Of a stretch of 58,177 nt of DNA, positions 23,185-33,859 are shown in pieces. The first letter of the stretch is position 1. Each line of letters starts with the position of its first letter. Source of the stretch: Girardia tigrina. Taxonomy: Eukaryota. The notes under the pieces are model-generated. The model was not told the origin of the DNA and ran no database searches. It saw only the letters and a program-made list of their open reading frames with translations. A program made the translations under genes and the position numbers. The DNA lies in NCBI GenBank assembly GCA_001938485.1, contig MQRK01186667.1:3118-61294 (forward strand), given 5' to 3'.

Positions 23185-25819
23185 TAAAGATATAAATTAC
23201 AAAAAAATAAATATAATTTAAATTTAAAAAAAATAATTTTTTTAATTTTGATCGTTTTATGAACAAAAAATTATCCGAGGAGTCATTGAAGCAATATTGA
23301 GGTCAGTATGTATCAATTATTTTTTGTTTAGAAATGAATGAAATGACGCGTTATGATTGGTCTACCAACCAGAGTGAACCATGGGCCAGATATTTGAAAT
23401 CATGACTCTTCATTTTATTTGAAATTCTAAGTGAAATTGTTTCAAACATTTAATTGTAAATTTATCGAGCATTAAATTGAAATTTTGTCAAATTCTGATT
23501 GAAATTTGTTGTCGAAACAGTAATTATTTAAAAATTTAATTTAACGTTATTTGCTAAATATTTGAAATTTTGTCAAACATTGGTTTATTAAAAAAAATTT
23601 ATCGAACAGTTATTTTTAAATTTTGTATTTATAATTTTACTAAATCAGATATATAAATAAATACCATTCAATGAGCGCATATCAAATCTCTAAAATAAAA
23701 TATACCTAGCCCGAACACAAATTCTAAGAATAAAAAATTCAATTCTGCCACTCAATCGCTACCACCTTCCAGTCTTCGGACAACTTAAAGATCGGGCGGA
23801 ACATGAAAATTAAAAATTTATATGTTTAAAATATTTTTCACACATTAATAATTAGAATTAATTGAGAAAAATTTGCAAAAATCTTTTAAACATCCAATAA
23901 ATTTAGAAAATTTTATTCATTCTTATCTATATTTCTTTGATTCTTATTTTAATAACATAAAATTTTAATAACTTTTTAAGTATTTTTTGAGCAAAATGAT
24001 ACATATTTTTTCTAGAGTTTTATATTATAGATACCAATCTCCCTCAGCCATACTCTTTAAATCTTTTTTATATGTAGTACAAATCCGTAAATAATGTACA
24101 TATTTATCCTTCATGTAAAAATGAAGAGAAGGTCACTTCAACAAACATCTTTTCCTCTCATTTTTATTGCCTCTGCAAAACAAGATATAATATTATTTTG
24201 CTTGAAAGATGATCTTCAAGACTTCAAATGTTAGTCAATATATTATTACTCCCATTCAAAAAGTTTTAAAGTATATCATCATTCCCAATTGCAGTTCAAA
24301 ATATTATTTTAATAAATTAACTCCAATATTTTTATTATAAAATTTTATGTTAATATTTTTGTTAAAATCCATATTTTTAACAGAATTAATATTAATACGA
24401 GATATTCTAAATTAAAAATCAATTTTCGTATTGTAAAGAATGGGATTTTACTTCCAAAATTCAATGTCTAAGAAAATTTATTTTTTGTCAGTTTATGACA
24501 TTTAATAATTTATTTATTTTAATAAGTAAACCGTTTCTTTACAGTCAAAATATTTTCTGAAAAAATCATATTTATTTAAAAAAACATAATAAAATAAATA
24601 TTAAACATTAAATATATAAAGTTTTTAAATAGAAAAAAAGAAAATAAGAAACTCCAATTTTTAACAGGAAATAAAATTTCGTTATAGTCAATATGTAAAC
24701 GTTTTGTTCAAATAATTTTCTTACATTCATTTTATTATAAAAATACTTTTTTGTTTAAATTATTTGTAATTTTACAACTTATTTTATATTGGAATTAGGT
24801 TTATTTTACAATCACTAAATTTTTAATAATAATGTATTAAAGACATAAGAAGCTGATCCAGGGAGTATTGTTGTATCCTTAAATGATCTGAAATAAACAG
24901 GACCTTATTCGACCTACTCAAAATTCTTATCAGAATAAAATGACATTTTTTATCTTGTTTAACACTTTTTTAATAAATAATTTCCCCGTTTAAAAATAAC
25001 TTTGCTGAGTTAATAATATTAATTAATTTTAATATTTGAAACACCTTCATTAACAAGAGTGAACGTACAAAAATATATAAATATTAAACGGAAATGACAA
25101 AGAAACCAATATAACCTCGTTTTGCGCAGATTCTGAAGAGGAATCCCCATTTGCCTATGATAGACCGGCGACACTATTGTCGTAGTCAAATGCTGATTTG
25201 AATATGTTACAATGGAAGAAGTTACACAACTATGAGACCCCTTTGACTAACCACTCTCAAATTAAGAATTATAAAATTTGATGGAAGAATTAGATCTTTC
25301 TAAAGAAAAGGAAGATGAGAAAGAAGCCCTATAAACGGGTAAAATAACTGCAATTTCTTATTCTTTAGAAAAGTGGACGGAATACATCTGTGAAATCAAT
25401 CAAGCGAATGTTTTAAAAAGCATTACAGCTGCAGTTTGGCCCTAAGTCATGATTCTACAAGAAAGGAAGCAAACATTCAAAGTAAATGAAATTGGATTAT
25501 GTTTTTCAAAAACATGTGATGACAGTAAAATAAAATAAACTTTTGAATATATAACTACAGTGTAGAATATTAAAGTATAATCAAATTTTAATTTCTGCTA
25601 AGAACACAGTACAACATTTATTATGACAACAGTTCTTTAAGATCAAGAATACCAAAAATTGATCTGAGAATTAAGAAAAAAGGTAGTAATTGCATCAGAA
25701 AATTTCTAATTTTTATCGACCAGGAAAGATTTAAAAGAACGAAATTTTTAAATGTGATTACTTTACTCGACAGCACTAACTTAATTAAGTTTAAGAGTTT
25801 GCTGAAAAGTTACATTTTT

Positions 25820-26130
25820 CTATATATACTGTAACGACTCTATGTTTTCTCGAAGTGATTCATTCTTGTTTGAATTCTGATTGATTAGAACATATCTAGG
25901 AACGATTAACATTTGCAAAACAAGTTCATCCTTTTGTTTGTAGTAGCGACTGAATACTGATAATCGAAGGTTACTCCTGGTCAGTTTGTTTATAGAATGT
26001 ATCGTCTCTTTGTCATCGGAATATACTCGTCTCACTTGTCTAATGCAAAAGAAAGCATCATTAGTATACGAGTTGCATTTTTGATATGGATCTCTTTGTG
26101 CTCTTTTTGAATGAATTGATTTTCGTTTCA
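25820..26130 (-). mobile_element. possible gypsy pol fragment (RNaseH-integrase linker)
   Basis: AQRDP...LVLQMLIVP resembles the Q..DP ... QL.VP segment preceding the integrase HHCC. Weak. Confidence 0.35.
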
Positions 26131-26296
26131 GGGTTGATAAAAGTAATAATGATCATGAAGATGGCGATCGAACCATCTTGACATCGTGAAGTTCACTGGT
26201 AAACAATCGAACTTCTAACTTCAGAAAATGTTAGATTATGTATGTCTGTTAGATATTTCATTGATCGATTTATAATGCAATTATATTAATCGTGAC

Positions 26297-27330
26297 TGTG
26301 AGGAAAATTAACTTATTTATTAACATTTACATTAAATTATCATATTGTATATATATATATTAAATTGTAATTTGGATCCAGATTAATTTTATAAACTCCT
26401 GATTTGTTTTAATATTGTGTTTTAGCACAAATTTGAATATTAATAAATTTTGCGATATTTTGTGTGATTATTTTTATAATGGAAAGTACTTACATGGCGA
26501 CGACACCAAGTGCCATAAATAACATGGCGCCTCAAATGTATAATGGAGATGGAGATCTAGAACCGTTTATCACAGATTGTCAGTCATTTTTTGAGGTTTC
26601 ACAAATCAGTGAGACGTTTCAACCATTGGTGGGTAAAGCATTTATACACCGTGATTTGCTTGCCACGTATGAAAACGTGGACAGTAAGATTTTAATTTCG
26701 TTGACAGACTCAGGAAAGCATTCAAAAGACCAACGTCTCTGATTCAAGATCTGCAAGAAATAATCAACTACAGGAAAGGCAAAGATTCAGCGATTATATA
26801 TTGCAATAAAATTGAAAAGATGGTTGACCGAATCCTCAATCATAAATGAACCAAACCAGAATTAATGTAATATTTTTTGAAACATTGTGTGGATGATATA
26901 GATGGGAAAAAACAAATCTATATGGAAGAAGCGAAATCCCAAGAAACAATCAAAACAGTGATCGAAAAAATGGACAATATTAAGAAGGAAGTCCAAGCGG
27001 GAAAAATCGCAAATATCCATCGACCGAAGACATTCGCAAATGTTCTTAAAGAGAGAGCAGCATTCCCAATTCAAACAAATCAACAAAGGAAAATCTCAGA
27101 AACAAGAAATTTCAACAAGCAAATGTCAGTGAGACAAAATTACGATGGAAACAGTCGGAATACAGTGATATGTTATGGGTGCCAAAAAAGTGGTCACGTT
27201 CGCCGAGATTGCCCCAATAATATTAAGATTTGTTATGACTGCAAAGGTGAAGAAGAGAATGTCCCTACTTGAAGTGTTCAGTGTGTAAGTTTCAAGGTCA
27301 TTTGGCTTATTATTACTTCAGAAAAGGTTT
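26297..27330 (+). mobile_element. Ty3/gypsy 5' LTR (26297-26494) + PBS + degenerate gag with CCHC knuckles
   Basis: Runs TGTGAGGAA...CTTACA, then TGGCGACGA (PBS, tRNA-Ser(GCT)-like 3' end). The gag reads PQMYNGDGDLEPFITDC and has knuckles CYGCQKSGHVRRDC, CYDCK.. and CSVCKFQGH, with a frameshift and stops. Confidence 0.85.
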
Positions 27331-27644
27331 TCAAACAACCCAATCGAGCCAAAACAATTGGAATAATAACAGAAGACATCGAATGGTTCAACGATCAGTG
27401 GCCGGGCATGATGACGCAGATGGATCATAAATCGAAGAGTTGAAAACGGATAGATAAAAAGAATAAATGGATTGTCAATTTCTGTAAAAATATCAAGTGT
27501 GTGAATGCAATTGAGTCTAGTGATGAGATTATCAGTAAATTAAAATTTATATCAATCGTCGAATTCCACTTTGTCCAATTGATTAAATGTATATCGTTTC
27601 ACCATTTAAATAATAAAAATCTCCTAGTTAAACTATTAACCTAA

Positions 27645-27762
27645 CTATTTTTGAAAAATTATGATGTAAATAAGGATGGTTTCGTCGATTTTGTTGAATT
27701 CATTTGATACATTGAAACTCATGAAGATTGAATAAAGCAATTAGCTTTGATGATATCAAGGT
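27645..27762 (+). pseudogene. EF-hand fragment of calcium-binding mitochondrial carrier (SCaMC/SLC25A24-like), decayed
   Basis: Reads YDVNKDGFVDFVEFI*YIETHED*IKQLA versus SCaMC [29 protein letters not shown]. There are two in-frame TGA. Confidence 0.6.
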
Positions 27763-28019
27763 AATATTCCTTCGTCAAATATTTTTATAACAAACGAGGA
27801 AACAGAGAAATTAGTTTACTGAGTTGATAAAGACACTGATACCTTAGACAAGATCGTTCACTACTGGCACCAAGAACAGGATCACTTTAACCCTGAGTTC
27901 TGTAAGACAGTTATTCATTTCACTGAACATTGTCTTCGAGAGAGGCACATCTATAAGTTTACCTGAAGCATCTCTACAGATATCCATCAAATAAATAAAA
28001 ATAATTATTGTTTAAAAAA

Positions 28020-29070
28020 TATTCATGTCATTGTCCCACCTCTATTTCTCAAATTTCTTTGTCTCTTTTTATAAAAATAATATCAATACGTCTAAATATT
28101 TTTTTTCAATATAATCAGCTTATTATCTGAAAAAATAATTTCTAGAAATCTGATCTGATATGGTAATCGGCTCTTTTATTCAGCAATAATATTTCTGAAA
28201 GACAACCCAGAAATTAGATTCAAACTATTCAGATATAAATTATTATCAAAATTAGGACCCTTTATGACACTTCTCAAATTTAATGTTTTTTATCCTTTAC
28301 TCGCATCAATTGATATTGATAGTTATTATCTTTTGAAATAATTCCGCCAATTATTTTAGAAAAGAACAATAATATCTGTATTTTATTATTATTTTTATTT
28401 ATTAAACTAAAATTAATCGACAATTAATGTATAGTTTAAAATGTCCTTTTTGTCATATGAAACTTTAATACCATAAAATACTATATATAAGCTTCCCTCA
28501 TATGACTTTTTATAAATACACAATTATTATATATACCACATTATCTTATTCAGAGTCAAATTCTGGTAGGATTATGCTCATTTCCTAACGCTAATTTTAT
28601 ACGTTTTCAGTTTTTATCCCTACTTATCAAGTTCCATAAAATATTGTTTTTATCAAGTAGACATGACGATGCGATCATTAAATTTCTTTAGACTTAACTT
28701 ATGTTGAATGAATCTTGAATATTTCCACACTTATTATATTTTCTGAAAATGGTCTAAAATAGTTTGCAGGACTGATTGAAATCTTTAGTGCGATGTCCAA
28801 ATTTTTCATACTTGAATCTTGTTTTATCATGGTGTTTACAACATCTTTACCATTCAAAGATTGTCACCCAGAGCTTGACTCTAAAGAAAAGTCAAAATGG
28901 TCTAATTACAAATTATAGAACCCCCTTCTCCATGTTCTATCAGAAACTGTACCTTCAGCAAACATTATTAATAAATTACTACATAATTTTGTAGTCTTTC
29001 TGCCTTGTTGAAAGTTCTAAAATTACAGTATCAAAAATGAAATTTGTCGGTACGCATGAGTCCACTATCG
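28020..29070 (-). mobile_element. highly degenerate mariner
   Basis: Reads NFQQG...MFAEGTVSDRTWRRGF...FDFSLESSSG*QS...IKQD (mariner HTH region). Downstream remnants are weak. Confidence 0.55.
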
Positions 29071-29148
29071 TTTCACACAAAAGACTAGCGTTACTGAATT
29101 TATTTTAGTTAATTTGCTGTGTTATATTCGGGCTTGTTAGTCTCGGTG

Positions 29149-29204
29149 GTTTGGTCAATTTGATTGATTAGGTCGATTCGATCGATTTGATCGACTTTAT
29201 CGGT
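29149..29204 (+). repeat. six degenerate 9-bp tandem units (TTGRTCGAT-like)
   Basis: ttggtcaat ttgattgat taggtcgat tcgatcgat ttgatcgac tttatcggt. Confidence 0.6.
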
Positions 29205-29779
29205 TCTCTCTCAAGAATAACAACTCGGACAGACTTTTTGTTGGTTTTTTAAGTTTTGTATTTTTGGTTTTTTAAGTTTATAATTGGATTCATGTAAATT
29301 GACGGTAATGAATAAAAACGATTCAATTGGAGAAAAATATATTTTCAATAAATCTAAATAATTCTACTTTTTTTAAAAAAAACTCTAAAACTAAAATTCT
29401 ACAAATTTAAACAAAGTATTTTTAATAAAAGTTGAATGTATAATATACAATAAAAATTTAATAATAAAAAATTACAAAAATTAATAAAAATCTATAAGAT
29501 AAGCTCGACACAACAATAAGAATTAATATATTCAAAAAGACAGAATAAAGAAAAACAGTTTTGTTTTTAATGACCAAAGATTCAAAAAATTCGTCCTTAG
29601 AGTTTGATTATTTAAAATCATAAATTATAGAACTTATAAAAAAATAACTGAATGAAGGCTAAGATTCATGTTGTGCAAAGGTATAGATTTTTCTAAACAA
29701 AATTTAGATGTATTCGTTTAATGTATTGATTCTAAAAAATAATTATAACAATAAATAAATAAATTTCGGTTGTCAATTT

Positions 29780-30400
29780 TGCTTGTTTACTTGTAGATAC
29801 AATCTGCAAGTATCAATTTATGGGAAATATTTTTCTTACATCAGAGGGATTTCTATGTACTTTCGCTAACCTACTTATACAAATACACATATATCTGTGT
29901 TAACAGAATTTTGTAAAACATACTACAATAAAAAATTATAGATATACTGATAAAAATAAAATATTGAGTTCAGTGTACGCTATTTTTGCGAAATATAATT
30001 CTGTTTCTATCGTGAATTTACTTTTAGAAAGGTTCTATTATGAATTCATATCTGAAAATAAATTTGTTTCCTTGACATTCTTGTCACTAGGATGAATCGA
30101 TGTCAAACCGAATGATATGGAAAGACAACAGAGACCGGTATCTAAAAAACACAACACAGCTTTTGTAAGGGAAATATAAAGGGTTAGGAACCGCAAATTA
30201 CTGTTTAAATATTCTTAGAAGACTCTTGAAAGAAGAGTTATGCACAAAAGCACTTGTTAAGAAAGAATAAAAATAAGAAAACGTTGAAAAACAAAAACAA
30301 ATAATTAAAATACCCTTACATTCCAAGCAATTAACAAGAGTATCTGCCAGATTATTGATACGAACAAAGTAGTTGTGAAAAAAAATTCTGAATGTTGTAA
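29780..30400 (+). mobile_element. Penelope-like RT fragment, degenerate
   Basis: Reads FLDILVTRMNRCQTE*YGKTTETG (PLE thumb motif FLD..V.R.....T..YRK.T.TG), plus upstream TFANL and YRY remnants. Confidence 0.65.
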
Positions 30401-30859
30401 GTTTGTTGCTTGTATGATTGGGGACTCTCCTACTCAAATTGGATTGATATGTTATTGATTAATTATTTAAATCTAAATGAGATTAATTTTTAAATACTAA
30501 TTAATTAAAAAGTTTTATAATTAAAATTTTGAATTTCTTTTAGTAAAATGATTTATACTTGTAAAAATAGAGATTTGAATGTGTAGACAAATCTCTATTT
30601 TTACTAGGAAATAAAAATTGTCCAAAAATGCAAAATTAGCCTAACTCGAAATATATTAAGTAATCGTGTTAGATTAATTTAATGTTAATAGAAACGAAAT
30701 AACTAATATCAAAAAAAATAATAATAAACAAGATAACACTTTTAATTAAAAATAAAGCAAATTACGTACAACGGTAATTACCATCATAATTTAAAAGTCC
30801 AAATTAATTTTTATCGATTTTCGATTTAGGTTAATATTAATAATAATAATATTAATAAT

Positions 30860-31394
30860 AATCGGCGCAATCCGACAGATTGTCTTTGTCGTCTTCTTGG
30901 TCGATCAATTGTTAAATGTTATTGGGAATCCTCAACGGAAGACCATTTAGTATTTTCTTATATTGTGGAAATTTGTGAAAAATCATATCATCAGAATTGC
31001 TTTTCACTGATAGTTGTAATGAGCTTTTGAGACATCTCGACAGTATTATAACGCTTTTCTTCATATAATCACTAATCTGAGTTGCGTTTAATGCTTTTAT
31101 TTATGAATTCTTTCGGTCTTTGCATTACAATTAATAAACACGACTGTTGTAGTTAAAAATTGTGGTAAAATAAATAAATACACAATACAATCTTCTTTCT
31201 TTTTTTAAAAGGAATGATAAAATAAAAATAATAAAACAATTAACCTACAAGCACGTACATGAATTATAATACAGATACAAAAAAATGACCGCACAACAAC
31301 AAAAAACATGCACATTCCAAATAAGTAAAGGAAAAGACCTACACAGACCAAAAAAACAACAAACACCATCCCTGTACAAAGATGAGGTATCACA
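30860..31394 (-). repeat. dispersed repeat family B, copy 2 (LTR-like)
   Basis: Begins TGTGATACCTCA and is colinear with 9531-10330. A possible TSD ACACT (31395-31399 / 30736-30740) would extend it to 30741. Confidence 0.55.
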
Positions 31395-32396
31395 ACACTT
31401 ATTAAATTAATATAATTTAAAAAATAATCTTTATTTTAAAATTTTTATCCAATAAAATTTTGAAAAATTAAAAGTTAGTATTATTTTCATCTGATTAATT
31501 AAATCAAAGATATATATATATATATATATATATCAATAAAATAAAAATATAAACCAAAGTATTAAATGTTTTATAGGAGATCAGTAAGAAATAATTTATT
31601 TAGTTTCAAGTTATTTTTCCTAGATAATAAATTAACAAAATTTGCTAAAAGAGGCTGTCCCCTGAAAATAACAAAAATATAGAAAGAACTATTAATTAAA
31701 TAATTGAATTGTTTTTACAACAAAATTTTGGACTCGTTTTCGAAATTGTGTTTATTATTGTTTTTTTGATTTTTTTTCTTGTCAAAAGAAAATGTTTTTC
31801 TTTGAATGTCGAATTTTTATTTTTAACACGATACACTTTACACTTATAATATTTTTTTTCGTTTAAGGATAACTTTATTAAAAATATTACATTTTTAAAA
31901 AAAATATGTTGATATTTTACATTTTAAAATTTAGTTATCCGTTTTTTTTCTAATTATTAGATTCGAATATACCTTAAAAGGTATTTTTGTTAATGAAAAA
32001 CCCTGCATTTTAAAGTAATTTGATAAATCAACCGCCTTGTTGGTTAAAAACTAAAACTTCAATTTTAAATCCGGTTATCTATGCAACTAAACTTTGTATT
32101 GCGTGAAACACACCAAAGACTGATATCTGATCAATGTGACATTTCAGATTTATCACCCTGTTAAGTGTGTTTATTGAAATCTATCACTTTGCGGATACAT
32201 TCCATGACTTTTGTAACTATTTATGTTATGTTTTAAATATAGGTTTTCATTCTAATATTGAAATTCATTTTATACACAAAATATATAATATGTTACATAT
32301 AGTATATATATATAATGATGAATGCAATATGTTGACATGATGAATGCATAATAATAACTACATGGTTATGGTTACTTTTTGAACTGTTGATTAATA

Positions 32397-33192
32397 TTAG
32401 AGTGAACCAAAAGTTTTCGTATTTTTTATTAAAATTTTAAACATAATTTTACAAAAAATAAAAAGCATTTTAGTTTCAAAGTAAAGACCATTTGAATCTA
32501 TAGCTTGAACCCATCTATGGGCAAGTTGTGCGATCCCGCTGCAGTACCAATCCTTGTTCTTAGAAGCGAAGAACTGGTGACACCCATGTTTGTTTGGCTT
32601 TTTATCGCAAGTTACAATTCGACGAATGAAACGGTCATCGCGAATTTTCAAGCAATTTTCGACAAGTTTCGACATCGTCTATTGACCTTGCCAAGAGCGT
32701 GAAGGTGTCGTACAATGGATGTTTGAGGAATATCGAGTTCGGCCGACAATCTGCGAGTACTTATTGACGGATTTGTCTCGATGGCTGAACGAATTGCTCC
32801 GGAATCTACGGTGATAGGTCGGCCTTAACGTGCATTGTCTCCGAGGTCAATGTCGCCTTTGTTGAACCTTTGGAACCAATTTTGTGCAGTACGATTTGAG
32901 ACCACATTATCACCTTCAACTTCGCATATCTTCTTTGTTGCTGCAGTTGCGTTTAAGCCGTGTTTCCAGTAATGACGTAAAAGAACACGAGTTAAAAAAT
33001 TTTCCATGATTTTTCTAAAAGACCATAAAAATTATATTAACGACATATTAGAAGTTTTAATATATATTGTGATAGAGCAGTTCAAGAGCTTTAAAAACAT
33101 ATAATTAATGTATATAAAATATCTTTATTTGGTAATAAGAAACAATTGAACAAAAAGATGTAGAAAATACGAAGACTTTTGGTTCACCCTAT
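32397..33192 (-). mobile_element. internally deleted mariner (796 bp)
   Basis: TIRs TTAGAGTGAACCAAAAG / CTTTTGGTTCACCCTAT with TA flanks. The N-terminus MENFLTRVLLRHYWK...NWFQRF and IVTCD is joined directly to the C-terminal FFASK..WY..GI..L..RW. Confidence 0.9.
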
Positions 33193-33289
33193 TATTATAT
33201 TATATTTAAGGTTTATAAGGTAATTTGATGACTGATATATTTTACGATGATCTTTAAGGTAATGGCGACGGTTGACAAGGTTTTTGAAG

Positions 33290-33730
33290 TTATTTGATTG
33301 GTTGTTTAGGTGATTTCAAATTTTGCTAAGTGATCAGAAGCACTGCCAAGGTATAAGGAACCAATCAGAAGCGTTGTCAGGGCAATCGGAATCGTTGCTA
33401 AGGTGATCAGAACCAAAGTTATGGAAATCGGAACCGTTGCTTTGGAACCGGAAAGCAATCAGAAGCGTTTCTAAGTTGATCGAGACCGTTGCTATGGAAA
33501 TAGAAACCGTTGATAGGTGAATCAGAACCGTTGCTATGGAACCGGGAACCTTGCAGAAGCTTCTCTGCCTAGGCCGATGTTATCGCCACCGTTGCTACGG
33601 ATCCGGAAACCAATTAAAAGCGTTGCAAAGGAAATCGCGACCGTTACCATGGTGACTACGACCGTTGCCATACTAAACGCGACTGTTGCTATGGTACCCG
33701 TTGTTGTGGTAACCGTTTTCATGGTAACGG
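33290..33730. promoter_or_regulatory. 21-bp-period minisatellite made of RFX X-box-like palindromes with CCAAT boxes
   Basis: About 15 14-mers such as GTTACCATGGTGAC (33643), GTTGCTATGGAAAT (33488), GTTGCTAAGGTGAT (33394) and GTTTTCATGGTAAC (33715). CCAATCAG lies at 33361, GCAATCAG at 33455 and CCAATT at 33610. Regulatory function is inferred, not shown. Confidence 0.6.
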
Positions 33731-33859
33731 AGACCCCATCGGGGGTTTTTCTCTTACTAGAGTTGCAATGTCTCTTGTAAAGGAAGTAATTTCAAAAATT
33801 TATAATAATTGAAATTTTTTTGTGTGTGGTTTCTCTACGAATGTTTGTATATTATTATA

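Noticed and set aside
25150-25565. Tigger/pogo C-terminal remnant (ETPLTN ... FFK)
   Set aside because: Too degenerate to support without a search.
21544-27732. TGA reassigned to Arg (SBDS and SCaMC stops at Arg-like positions)
   Set aside because: The same CGA>TGA, CAG>TAG and TGG>TGA changes occur in dead transposons here, and TGA terminates mariner and gag ORFs. Ordinary C>T decay explains it.
33290-33780. CRISPR array, or real proteins from ORFs 33517-33780 and 33534-33722
   Set aside because: Units are degenerate and contiguous, with no unique spacers and no cas genes, in a eukaryotic context. The ORFs are by-products of a 21-bp repeat.
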